DNA from: an uncultured Anaerolineales bacterium
Lineage (GTDB): Bacteria; Chloroflexota; Anaerolineae; UBA2200
Assembly: GCA_964478725.1 (NCBI GenBank)
Contig: CAYZKS010000004.1
Coordinates: 9,031-49,173, forward strand
Direction of reading: 5' to 3'
Length of the DNA: 40,143 nt
Part shown: positions 1-9,002 of the stretch, one piece after another
How the letters are laid out: every line of letters starts with the position of its first letter
How positions within the stretch are numbered: position 1 is the stretch's first letter
Notes under the pieces: generated by a model
What the model was told of the DNA's origin: nothing
The model's input: only the letters and a program-made list of their open reading frames with translations
The model's database searches: none
Program-made: the position numbers and the translations under genes

Positions 1-59
1 GGTAGTGGCGACTTCAGTCGCTCCACGCACGCTCTGATCTGACTTCAGGAGCAGGCAGA

Positions 60-1133
60 ATGCAGGTCGAATGCTATCAGGACGAACGGGGATGGGACGC
101 GCTGCAGGAGGGATGGAATGCCCTGCTGCAAAACAGCGTCACGCCCGTGCCGTTCCTTACCTGGGAATGGCAGCGTGCCTGGTGGGAGGCCTTTGGCGGG
201 GGCAGGAGGCTGCAACTGCTGGCCATGCGCGATGCAAATGGGCAAGTGCAGGCTATCGCCCCGCTCTTCGCCCAGGATACCGCCGTGGACCCCGGCGCAC
301 CCCTGCCCGAGATCCACATCGAGCCTAGCGTTCCGGCGACTGAGGGCCAGACTCTCTGCACCCTGCACTGGATTGGTGGCACCGAGGTCTCGGACTATCT
401 GGACTTGATCGTGGCAGCGCCACAGCATCGCGAGGCGTGCGCCGCGCTCTTGGAGGCGTTGGCGGCGCGCGAGGACTGGCAGTTGCTCGACCTGCACTGC
501 CTGCGCGGCGCGTCGCCCACCGCGGCGACGTTGGCCGAACTGGCGCGCGCTCGCGGTTGGGGCGTCCAGCAGGTGCGCGAGGACGTCTGCCCCGTCGTAG
601 AGCTGCCAGGCACGTGGGACGAGTACCTGGCGCTGCGGCTCGACAAGAAAAAGCGTCACGAGCTGCGGCGCAAGATACGCCGGGCAGAGCAGGCGACGCG
701 CGTGGAATGGCACTGGGTGGAAAAGGCCGAAGACCTGGGCGCCAGCCTGGAGACCTTTTTCGCACTGCACAAAGCCAGCCAGCGCGACAAAGATGCCTTC
801 ATGGACCCGCGTATGGAGGGCTTCTTCCGCAATGTGGCACGCATTGCCCTGGAGAAGAACTGGCTGCGTCTCAGCATCTTGAGCTTCAATGGCCAGCCCG
901 TAGGCAGCTACCTGTGCTTTGACTACGGGCGCGAGCGCCTGGTGTACAACTCTGGCTACGATCAGGCGGCTTACGCCGACCTGGCTCCCGGCATCGTGCT
1001 GATGGGCTACATGATCCAGGACGCCATCCAGCGCGGCCTGCAGCGCTTCGACCTGCTGCGCGGCAACGAACGTTACAAGTACGACTTTGGCCCCGTCGAG
1101 GAAGAGGTGCTGCGCCTGCTAGTGCGCCGCTAG
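60..1133 (+). CDS. GNAT family N-acetyltransferase (CelD/BcsL-like)
   Basis: PFLTWEW near the N-terminus, SDYLD, C-terminal YNSGYD..LAPG..FDLLRGNERYK; AGGAG upstream of ATG. Confidence 0.8.
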   Translation: MQVECYQDERGWDALQEGWNALLQNSVTPVPFLTWEWQRAWWEAFGGGRRLQLLAMRDANGQVQAIAPLFAQDTAVDPGAPLPEIHIEPSVPATEGQTLCTLHWIGGTEVSDYLDLIVAAPQHREACAALLEALAAREDWQLLDLHCLRGASPTAATLAELARARGWGVQQVREDVCPVVELPGTWDEYLALRLDKKKRHELRRKIRRAEQATRVEWHWVEKAEDLGASLETFFALHKASQRDKDAFMDPRMEGFFRNVARIALEKNWLRLSILSFNGQPVGSYLCFDYGRERLVYNSGYDQAAYADLAPGIVLMGYMIQDAIQRGLQRFDLLRGNERYKYDFGPVEEEVLRLLVRR

Positions 1134-1298
1134 GAGTGCCCACCCAGGACTGCGCGACAGGGATAGCTGCACAGCGGAAGAGGAACCTTGCTCTGTTCGC
1201 AGATATGCCCTGGGTTCGAGGAGCCCTCTGGCCTGCGTCTTCCCTCGGATTGTATTTGCTCCCGACATTCGCACTCATAGGAAGGAGAGCGTGCAAGC

Positions 1299-2582
1299 AT
1301 GAACAGATTCTCCATATCGAGAGTAAGGGCCCGCGAGATCATCGACTGCCGGGGGTTTCCGACCCTGCAAGTGGACGTGCTCACGGACAGTGGCAACATG
1401 GGGAGGGCAGACGTGCCGTGCGGCCGCTCGACAGGCAGGCATGAAGCCGTAGAGCTGCGCGACGGCGGGAAACGCTATCTCGGCCGGGGCGTGCACAAGG
1501 CGATCGCCAATGTGAACGATGTGATCGGGCCCGCGCTCGTTGGCAGAGACGTGACCAGGCAGCGCGAACTGGACGAGTTCATGGCGCGCGACTTGGACGG
1601 CACTGCGGACAAATCCAAGCTGGGCTCCAACGCCATCGTGGGGGTCTCACTGGCTATCGCGCGGGCGGCCGCGGCGGCCCTGGGAGTGCCGCTCTACAAG
1701 TACCTCGACGCAAACGCCCACATCCTGCCCACACCCCTGATCAATCTGATCGGCGGTGGAAAGCTCGGCTCCAGCGATCTCGAGATACAGGAGTTTCACA
1801 TTGTGCCCGTGGGAGCCGAAAGCGTGGGGCACGCGCTGCAGATTGCCACTGAAACCAATGAGAAACTGCGGGAGCTTGTTCTGACCAAATACGGCAAGAT
1901 GGCGCTGAACACCGGGGATGAAGGTGGATTCATGCCACCGATGCGGGGCATGCGTGAGCCCCTGGAGTGCCTGGCCCGCGCGGTGAAACGCGCCGGCTAC
2001 GAGAAGCACATCGCCTATGCTCTGGACTGCGCTTCCACCCACTTTTACGACGCACAAAAGGGCACGTACCAACTTGCCGGGGAGCACCTTACCCGCAAAG
2101 ACATGATTGCTCAGTACAAGGAGCTGTTGAAGGAGTTCCCGATCGTCTCGATCGAAGACCCGCTGCAAGAGGACGACTGGGAGGGATTTGCACAAGTGAC
2201 GGCCGAGCTGGGCATCCAGATTGTCGGCGATGACTTCTTTGTCACCAACCCCAAGCGTCTCAGCAAAGGCATCGAGATGAAAGCGGCGAACGCGTTGCTC
2301 TGGAAAGTGAACCAGATCGGAACCTTGACAGAGGCACTGGACGCGGCTGCCCTGGCCTTCCGCAACGGCTACGGAGTGCAGGTCTCAGAGCGCTCTGGGG
2401 AGACCGAGGACCCCATCATCGCCGACATCGTCGTGGGACTGAATGCGGGTCAGATCAAGACGGGCGCGCCCGTGCGCGGTGAACGCACCAGCAAGTACAA
2501 CCGGCTGCTGCAGATTGAAGAGGAACTTAATGGCCAGGGCAAGTTTGCTGGCAGGAACTTTCACCAGCCGGTTGGGCGATAG
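1299..2582 (+). CDS. eno: Enolase homolog with divergent active site
   Basis: REIIDCRG, ELRDG, GDEGGF, SIEDP, VGDD, KVNQIG, RSGETED, QIKTG; AAGGAG RBS. Confidence 0.85.
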   Translation: MNRFSISRVRAREIIDCRGFPTLQVDVLTDSGNMGRADVPCGRSTGRHEAVELRDGGKRYLGRGVHKAIANVNDVIGPALVGRDVTRQRELDEFMARDLDGTADKSKLGSNAIVGVSLAIARAAAAALGVPLYKYLDANAHILPTPLINLIGGGKLGSSDLEIQEFHIVPVGAESVGHALQIATETNEKLRELVLTKYGKMALNTGDEGGFMPPMRGMREPLECLARAVKRAGYEKHIAYALDCASTHFYDAQKGTYQLAGEHLTRKDMIAQYKELLKEFPIVSIEDPLQEDDWEGFAQVTAELGIQIVGDDFFVTNPKRLSKGIEMKAANALLWKVNQIGTLTEALDAAALAFRNGYGVQVSERSGETEDPIIADIVVGLNAGQIKTGAPVRGERTSKYNRLLQIEEELNGQGKFAGRNFHQPVGR

Positions 2583-2662
2583 CTGGCCCCAGGCGTGCTG
2601 CAGACGCGCTGCGCACCGGCAGCACGCTTCGATTGCACCGACTTGACCGAGGAGCACAAGGT

Positions 2663-4042
2663 TTGTTCGTTCAGAACTCTGCTCAATTGCTGGATCACAG
2701 TTGCTCGGAACTGCGGCGCACCGCACTGGACATCGTTGAACATGCCCTGGCGGCCGCGGATCCGTATCACGCTGTGCACAAGCTGGTGCACCTGGACGGC
2801 GAGCATCTGACAGTAGGCGATCTGTGGTACGACCTATCCCAGCGTGGGGCGATATACGTGCTGGGAGCCGGCAAGGCGACCTTGAGAATCGTCGAGGCCC
2901 TGGAGGACATCCTTGGACCTCGCATCAACCAGGGCCTGATCGCTATCAAGCGCGGGCAGCCGCATGACCTCAAATACGTTCGCGTGATCGAAGCCGGCCA
3001 TCCTCTCCCCGACGAGGCCAGCTACCGCGCTGGACGCGAACAGATGTTGTTGGCCAGGTCCGCACGCGCCGACGATATCGTCTTCACCGCCGTCACCGGC
3101 GGCAGCTCGGCACTGCTGTGCAATCCCGCTGAGGGCATCACCCTGGAGGAGAAGCGCCACGTTCACGAGCTGCTTCTGACCTGTGGCGCAGACATCACGG
3201 AGATCAATGCGGTTCGCAAGCACCTGTCACAGGTCAAGGGCGGTCTTCTGGCTCAGGCGGCCTTGCCAGCGGAGCTGATCAACTTGACCGTCTCGGACGT
3301 GATCAGGGATCCGCTGGACTACATCTGTTGCCCCGTCGTCCCGGATACTTCGCATGTGCCCGACGCGGTTGGTGTGCTGCAGAGGTACGACCTGTGGAAG
3401 CGCGTCGCGCCCTCGGTGCGGGCCCACCTGGGCAAAGGCCCTCGGGCCGAGACACCCAAGCATCTGGACAAGCAGCTCGTGCACACGTTCGTGCTGGTGC
3501 CGCTCGCGGCTGCCTCCAACGCCGCCAGTGCGCGTGCCAGTGAACTCGGCTTTGCGCCACTGTATTTGACCAGCACGCTTACCGGCGAGAGCAGGGAAGT
3601 AGGCGCTTGCCTGGGCGCAATCGCCCGTGAGATCGCAGATAGCGGCAGACCAGCAGCTGCGCCCTGTGCTGTGATTGCTTGCGGCGAAACCACCGTGACG
3701 GTTCCGAAGGGAAGCGGCACGGGAGGACCCAGTCAGGAACTTGCCGCCAGCATCGCCATGCACATCGACGGCCTAGCGCAGACGGTTGCACTCTGCCTCG
3801 ACACGGACGGGACGGACGGGCCGACCGAGTTTGCAGGTGCGATGGTTGACGGATCCACTGCCAGTCGCGCCAGAGAGCTGGGGTTTGACCTCGCTCGCAT
3901 TCTGAGAGCCCACGATGTCACGCCATTCCTGCAGGGAGTGGGCGACATCGTGCTCACCGGCTCCACAGGCACGAATGTGGCTGACCTGGTTCTCATGCTA
4001 TTCGGCGCAGCCTCTGCGCCAGGCGCAACCAACGCCTGCTGA
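2663..4042 (+). CDS. Glycerate 2-kinase-like protein (DUF4147/MOFRL, TtuD/GckA type)
   Basis: GAGKA, AGHPLPD, GGSSAL, NAVRKHLSQVKGG, GETTV, TDGTDG, TGTNV; TTG start at 2663 chosen from GGAG at 2651. Confidence 0.85.
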   Translation: MFVQNSAQLLDHSCSELRRTALDIVEHALAAADPYHAVHKLVHLDGEHLTVGDLWYDLSQRGAIYVLGAGKATLRIVEALEDILGPRINQGLIAIKRGQPHDLKYVRVIEAGHPLPDEASYRAGREQMLLARSARADDIVFTAVTGGSSALLCNPAEGITLEEKRHVHELLLTCGADITEINAVRKHLSQVKGGLLAQAALPAELINLTVSDVIRDPLDYICCPVVPDTSHVPDAVGVLQRYDLWKRVAPSVRAHLGKGPRAETPKHLDKQLVHTFVLVPLAAASNAASARASELGFAPLYLTSTLTGESREVGACLGAIAREIADSGRPAAAPCAVIACGETTVTVPKGSGTGGPSQELAASIAMHIDGLAQTVALCLDTDGTDGPTEFAGAMVDGSTASRARELGFDLARILRAHDVTPFLQGVGDIVLTGSTGTNVADLVLMLFGAASAPGATNAC

Positions 4043-4043
4043 C

Positions 4044-4092
4044 AAAACAAGACCTCCTGCGATGCCACAAGCTCACGTGGTATCAGGAGGTC
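4044..4092 (-). terminator. Hairpin, likely intrinsic terminator between the convergent kinase and tRNA genes
   Basis: GACCTCCT/AGGAGGTC and GATGCCAC/GTGGTATC stems, followed by TTGTTTTG on the minus strand. Confidence 0.6.
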
Positions 4093-4109
4093 ACGCGCCA
4101 CCCTCTCAG

Positions 4110-4182
4110 AGCGGGTGATGGGATTCGAACCCACGACATTCTGCTTGGGAAGCAGACACTCTGCCACCTGAGTTACACCCGC
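4110..4182 (-). tRNA. tRNA-Gly(CCC), CCA end not encoded
   Basis: Reverse complement GCGGGTG...TCTGC-TT-CCC-AA-GCAGA...GGTTCGAATCC...CACCCGCT folds as a cloverleaf. Confidence 0.97.
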
Positions 4183-4197
4183 AGGCCAGACACGCCT

Positions 4198-4225
4198 ATT
4201 CTAATTCCATTCTCCGAATTGTCAA
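4198..4225 (-). promoter_or_regulatory. sigma70-type promoter of tRNA-Gly
   Basis: TTGACA-16nt-TAGAAT just upstream of the tRNA. Confidence 0.75.
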
Positions 4226-4240
4226 ACCAGTCGAGACGGC

Positions 4241-6676
4241 CTAGCGCCGCATCACCACCGGTAGGTACAGCATGTGACGCGTGGGAGTCGGACTGGGCGT
4301 GTGCGTCGCTGTCGGAGTTGCGGTCACCTCAACGCTGCCCGTCACCGTGGGCGTGGGCGTCTCCGTCAGCACGGCTGTGGTCGTGCCGGTCGGCGTAGCG
4401 GTGACTGCGGCGCTGCCGGTCGCCGTGGGCGTGGCGCTGGCTGGCCCGGTAGGCGTCCCGGTTGGCGTGGCCGTGGGCGCGCCGGGCGTCGCAGTCGGCG
4501 TCTGGCCCGGCGCCGCTGGCTCCAGCTCGCTCAGACCGTGATCCGTGGCGAACCACACGTGGCCTGTGGATGCGTCCACGCGCACAGCGGATACGTCGTC
4601 CCCAGCCAGGCCATCTGTGCTGGCATACTTTTGCCAGCGATCGTCATCGGCCACAAAGGGCGTCTCCCCGTCACACAGGCGATGGACGCCCTGCGTGGTA
4701 GCCAGCCACCAGCATCCAAAGCGGTCGCGCGCCAGCCCGCGCACCGGCATGCCGTACAGGAAGGTGCGCCAGCGGTCGTCGCCGGGATCGGAGGGCGTGC
4801 CGTGATGATCCAAAACGCTCAAACCCCCTGCTGTGCCCACCCAGACGCGTCCTTGAGCATCGAGCGCTACGTCCAGGATGGAATTGGAGGCCAGGCCATC
4901 CACCACGACGCCGCCGGTCAACACGTCCGTCATGGTAAAGACGAATGCCGCCGTGAGTGGAACTGCCCCGCGCCGATCCAGATAGACCAGGCCGGCGCTC
5001 GTGCCAAACCATGCCTCATCGCCGCTCGGCGCCACCGCGATGGCTCTAACCAGGGTGAGCGGAGTGGACACGGGGCTCACCCAAGTGAACGCGGCAGTCA
5101 GTGCCTGGGTGGGACTGAGTGGGATGCCGCGATGGTCGATCAAGAAAGCTCCCTGATCTGTGCCAACCCAGACCTGGTTGTAGGGACCGGCCGTGACGGC
5201 ATACGCGTAAGCCAGCGGTGAGGCTTGGGAGTACAGGTAGGTGGCCCAAGTTGGCGTGATGCTCGCATCGTCCAACACACTGACCCCACCGCCCATACCC
5301 ACGCGTAGAGCGCGCTGGGTGGCCACCCACTTCAATCCGCGGTTGTCCAAAGCTACCCCACCCACATAGTCTGATGCTAGACCAGAGCCGAAGGCATAGG
5401 AGCGCCAGGTGTGATTGTGCATGACGCTGATGCCGCGATCCCAGGTGCCGCACAGCACTGTCTCTGCTGCAACCGCCAGCGAACGCACTTGATTCGAGGC
5501 AGGCCCCGTGCCGTTGAAGTAAGCTGTCCAAGCATCGTCGTTCTTGTCGGCCGGCGTGCCGCCGGCATCCAAAGCCCCGATGCCACCCCCATCTGTGCCG
5601 AACAGCAAGCGCTGCTGGCCATCGTAAGCCACAAAGGTGGCTGCGCCAGGCAGGCCGTCCGCCATCGAGTAGATAGGCCATTCGCCCTGCGGCTGCATCA
5701 CCGTAGCCTGGCCGTCGCCCAATACGGCCCAGGCATTGCCCAGCCCATCCACAGCCACAGAAAGCGCTTCTGGATGGGGCAACGCGTTCTCCCGGCTCGG
5801 CGCGTAGCTGGACCATCTCCCATCGGCGTTGCGGCGGCTCAGACCGTTATCGGTTGCCACCCACAACTGACCCTGCGTCCACAGGATGTGATTGATGCGG
5901 TTGGAGGCCAGTCGAACCGTCGGCGTGGTGTATGTGCTCATGGTCACGCTAATCAGAGGGTTAGGGCCGGATAGCTGCGTGATGCCGCTATCCGTTCCGC
6001 ACCAGACCTGCCCAGCAGCATCTGTGTCCAAAGAGGTAACGAACCCGGAGGCCAGTCCGTCCCAAGCCCGGTAGCTGCGCGTGCGCAGCGTCCCGGTCAT
6101 GGCATCGTCCAGTACGGTGATACCCGCATCGGTGCCCAACCACTTGAGCTCTGCACCATCCGCGCCCGGCGAGAAAGCGATGGCCTGCACATGCTCGCCA
6201 ACCAACCCGTCAGCGTAGCCGTAGTGCTTCCAGACGTCGTCACTTTGATCAAAAGGCGTGGCATGGCCCTGGGCCAGCACAGCGACGCCTGCGGTTGTGC
6301 CGAACCACTTGCGGCCCTGAGCGTCCACCCGTACGCACAACACGTCGTTGGAACGCAGGCCGCTGGCAAGCGTGTAGCTCAGGCAGCGGCCGGAATTCAA
6401 GTCCCAACAGGCCGCCCCGCCGTCTGTGGCCACCCAGGCGTAGCGCCCTGTACCCACATCCTCCACAGCAATGGCCCGTATGTGATCCACGTTGGTGTAC
6501 AGCTTCCAGTTGCCGGCAGTCCCTGCCATGGCTCGCGCTGTCTCAGGCACCAGCGAGGCTCGTGTCGTCATAGCCAACAGCAGTGCCAGCATGCTGAGGC
6601 TGGTCGCCCAGACCAGGAGGCGCAGGAGGCGGCTACTGCCGCGCGCGCTCTGACAGGGCATCACTTGTGGTTGCAT
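4241..6676 (-). CDS. Secreted beta-propeller repeat protein with Pro/Thr linker and C-terminal LYLPVVMRR motif
   Basis: Signal peptide; repeated W(F/V)GTxxGL and GLxSNxV blades; TPTATP linker. Confidence 0.8.
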   Translation of the reverse strand: MQPQVMPCQSARGSSRLLRLLVWATSLSMLALLLAMTTRASLVPETARAMAGTAGNWKLYTNVDHIRAIAVEDVGTGRYAWVATDGGAACWDLNSGRCLSYTLASGLRSNDVLCVRVDAQGRKWFGTTAGVAVLAQGHATPFDQSDDVWKHYGYADGLVGEHVQAIAFSPGADGAELKWLGTDAGITVLDDAMTGTLRTRSYRAWDGLASGFVTSLDTDAAGQVWCGTDSGITQLSGPNPLISVTMSTYTTPTVRLASNRINHILWTQGQLWVATDNGLSRRNADGRWSSYAPSRENALPHPEALSVAVDGLGNAWAVLGDGQATVMQPQGEWPIYSMADGLPGAATFVAYDGQQRLLFGTDGGGIGALDAGGTPADKNDDAWTAYFNGTGPASNQVRSLAVAAETVLCGTWDRGISVMHNHTWRSYAFGSGLASDYVGGVALDNRGLKWVATQRALRVGMGGGVSVLDDASITPTWATYLYSQASPLAYAYAVTAGPYNQVWVGTDQGAFLIDHRGIPLSPTQALTAAFTWVSPVSTPLTLVRAIAVAPSGDEAWFGTSAGLVYLDRRGAVPLTAAFVFTMTDVLTGGVVVDGLASNSILDVALDAQGRVWVGTAGGLSVLDHHGTPSDPGDDRWRTFLYGMPVRGLARDRFGCWWLATTQGVHRLCDGETPFVADDDRWQKYASTDGLAGDDVSAVRVDASTGHVWFATDHGLSELEPAAPGQTPTATPGAPTATPTGTPTGPASATPTATGSAAVTATPTGTTTAVLTETPTPTVTGSVEVTATPTATHTPSPTPTRHMLYLPVVMRR

Positions 6677-6706
6677 AAATCATCCCCACCTTCCGCTCGG
6701 GTGAAC

Positions 6707-6751
6707 AAAAAGCAGCTCCCGCCGTAGGCACGCAACCTAGAGGGGAGCCGC
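6707..6751 (-). terminator. Intrinsic terminator after the last TadE-like gene
   Basis: Minus strand GCGGCTCCC...GGGAGCTGC followed by TTTTT. Confidence 0.6.
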
Positions 6752-6791
6752 ACGGGCAGGCGCTGCCGGGCAAGCCGATGCAGGTGCCCTC

Positions 6792-7322
6792 TCAGTAGGG
6801 CCAGCCTTCCGGCAGATCCACCCAGGGCCGCCAATCCGCATTCGGTCCATCGATGAAACTGACTTGGCGTTCCACCAGGGTGATGTTCCCGGCGCCGACG
6901 AGAGTAGTCAAGCCTGGCGCGGTCAGTTCGGCGCGAACTCCAAACAGCCAACCCCAGCTCGCCGTCGAGCCGCGCCTGCCTGCTTCCACGGACACACTCA
7001 CGTTGAGAGTATATCCCTGTGGCAGGAGGGCATTGCGGTTCAATTCCTCCGCGACAATCCCCTTGGCCCTGTCGTTGGCCCTGGCTTCCCACTGCCAGGC
7101 GTCGGCCGAAGGATAGCTTCTTCCCTCCCAGGAAAGCACACGCGCGGCTTTGTAGGCGCCCAGGTACAGGGACTGCTTGACGGCCATCACCTTCCAGATC
7201 TCCAGAATGCCAAACACCAGCACAAGGAAGATCGGCAGGATGAGCATGTAAGAAATCACACTCACGCCCCGGCAGTCGCGTCGCAGTCGCTCCAACACGT
7301 GCAGGCTCCTAGTTTGCGGCAT
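6792..7322 (-). CDS. TadE/TadG-like minor pilin
   Basis: Basic leader RRDCRG, hydrophobic LILPIFLVLVFG, AYKAAR motif. Confidence 0.8.
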   Translation of the reverse strand: MPQTRSLHVLERLRRDCRGVSVISYMLILPIFLVLVFGILEIWKVMAVKQSLYLGAYKAARVLSWEGRSYPSADAWQWEARANDRAKGIVAEELNRNALLPQGYTLNVSVSVEAGRRGSTASWGWLFGVRAELTAPGLTTLVGAGNITLVERQVSFIDGPNADWRPWVDLPEGWPY

Positions 7323-7950
7323 GTGGCGCGCCCGAAGGTGTGGAGGTTGGCGTTGGTGTCACAATGCGAGGTGGGTACCAGGGGCCGCAATCCACAAAGG
7401 TGGTATGTGCACTGGTCAAGGTCACATCACCGAATGGCACGCCCAGCACTGAGGAGCGCCACGGGATGGTGACCCACGTGCGCACGGTGAAGATCAGGTT
7501 GTTACTGAACGAGTCCATGGCAGTGGGCCGACTGACGTACTGCCCCAAGCTTTCGCACGAGAAAGTCACCGGCGAGGCAATTTCCTGGCCGGCGCCGTTG
7601 TAGTAGCGCACGATCACGCTAACGTTGCCTGCATCAGCAACATAGGGGTTCGAGAGCAGCGACTCCCAAATCAGGCGTTCTGCCTGCAGTCTGTCGTCGT
7701 CGGTGCGGTTATAGCGCGCATTGGCATACGTCTGGTGGTAGGCGGACAAATAGCGCGCAGCCTGGTAAGTGGCGGCTTCCAGGGTCTGGCGCACCGAAGC
7801 CAGCTTCATCAGCTCGAAGGAGCCGTAGAGCACCAACACCAGAATCGGCAGAATCAGAACGAACTGGATCAAGTCGTAGCTGCCTCGCCGGTCGCGGCGC
7901 AGCCTGTGCACAAACCTCTGCAGTTTCGAGCGCGCATCTACTGAGCACAT
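7309..7950 (-). CDS. TadE-like minor pilin
   Basis: RRDRRG leader, FVLILPILVLVLYG, ATYQAAR; short P/T tail. Confidence 0.8.
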   Translation of the reverse strand: MCSVDARSKLQRFVHRLRRDRRGSYDLIQFVLILPILVLVLYGSFELMKLASVRQTLEAATYQAARYLSAYHQTYANARYNRTDDDRLQAERLIWESLLSNPYVADAGNVSVIVRYYNGAGQEIASPVTFSCESLGQYVSRPTAMDSFSNNLIFTVRTWVTIPWRSSVLGVPFGDVTLTSAHTTFVDCGPWYPPRIVTPTPTSTPSGAPHAAN

Positions 7951-8408
7951 AGCATCCGCCCGCTGTGCTCTTGTCTGAGCACCAATACCTCGGAAATGGG
8001 ACTGCTTCCCAGGACCGGCAGTGGCACGCTATACTCATAGGTCACCAAGAGGCGGAACGTGCTCGGGTTGCGATCATCACACCAGTCGGGGCGAGTGACG
8101 TCAAGATAAAGAATGACCTCCGCATCGCTGTCCTCTGGTACAAACGTGTTGTTGTGCAGCTCCTTGTTCACCAGAGGCCTGATCACATCGCGCAACAGAT
8201 CCGCCTGATGCCTCTGCCACAATAGGCCGTTCAGAGTCAAAAAGCGCGCCGCCTGGTAGGTGGCAGACTTGAGCGATTGCTTAATGGAGAGTACCTTCCA
8301 GACCTGAAAGGACAGGCTCAAGATCAGGACGAAAATGGCGACGTAAGCCATGGCCTGAATTGTGATCGAGCCGCGCCTATCTTGTCTGAACTTTACCAAA
8401 GGAACCAC
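7938..8408 (-). CDS. TadE-like minor pilin
   Basis: RQDRRG leader, TM helix, ATYQAAR; GTG start at 8408 is inferred and overlaps the peptidase stop. Confidence 0.7.
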   Translation of the reverse strand: MVPLVKFRQDRRGSITIQAMAYVAIFVLILSLSFQVWKVLSIKQSLKSATYQAARFLTLNGLLWQRHQADLLRDVIRPLVNKELHNNTFVPEDSDAEVILYLDVTRPDWCDDRNPSTFRLLVTYEYSVPLPVLGSSPISEVLVLRQEHSGRMLCAQ

Positions 8409-8983
8409 AGGTACACTACCCCCGGTAAACAGAACAGCCACACATAGGGCCTCCCCTCTTCTGCCAGTTGGCGTTCCGAGGGGAACAGGTGGCCCGTCTT
8501 GAACCATCCAAACACGGCCGCCGGTATGTCACGCAGACACTTGCCGCGCTGTTTGAGCAAGACCACGGGCAGCCCCAGGGCAATCACGGCCAGGCTAAGA
8601 AAGGTCACAAAGTCAGGGCGGGCAAACAGAGCCAGCATCGCCATCAGCGTCTTGGCGTCGCCGCCGCCAATCACGTGCAGCCACCACAACGCCAGGCAAA
8701 TCACCCACGCCACGAGCATGAACTGCAGAGCGTTCCCGGCCTGTGCGGCGCTCGCCCGGTGAGCCCAGTCGCCAGAAGCAACTGCCAAGGCCGGTACCAA
8801 CACGCCGAGGAGCTGCCAAGCTCCCCACACCAGTCGCCATCCTCCAAACAGAACGATGGCGGGAAAGGTAAGACGGTTTGGGATGATGCTGCTGCGCCAA
8901 TCGCTGTAGGCGATAGCGAACAGCCATACTGTTACGACGAGCCTGAAAAGCCAAGGCAAGACAGAGACCAGTGCGTTCCCCAA
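8393..8983 (-). CDS. Prepilin peptidase A24 (CpaA/TadV-like)
   Basis: SDWR..IIPN (first Asp) and IGGGDAK (GxGD); multi-TM; no methylase domain apparent. Confidence 0.9.
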   Translation of the reverse strand: MGNALVSVLPWLFRLVVTVWLFAIAYSDWRSSIIPNRLTFPAIVLFGGWRLVWGAWQLLGVLVPALAVASGDWAHRASAAQAGNALQFMLVAWVICLALWWLHVIGGGDAKTLMAMLALFARPDFVTFLSLAVIALGLPVVLLKQRGKCLRDIPAAVFGWFKTGHLFPSERQLAEEGRPYVWLFCLPGVVYLWFLW

Positions 8984-9002
8984 GCAGAGAACCGCCCTGG
9001 CG

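Noticed and set aside
1-45. 3' end of an upstream gene
   Set aside because: Too short to assign a frame or product.
1136-1298. GGGTTCGA T-loop-like motif and ACCCAGG/CCTGGGT pairing; possible tRNA remnant or att site
   Set aside because: No cloverleaf, wrong orientation for a direct repeat of the tRNA-Gly 3' end, and no integrase in the window.
4280-4500. Repetitive DNA resembling a tandem array
   Set aside because: Explained by Thr/Pro/Ala codons of the linker; not CRISPR.
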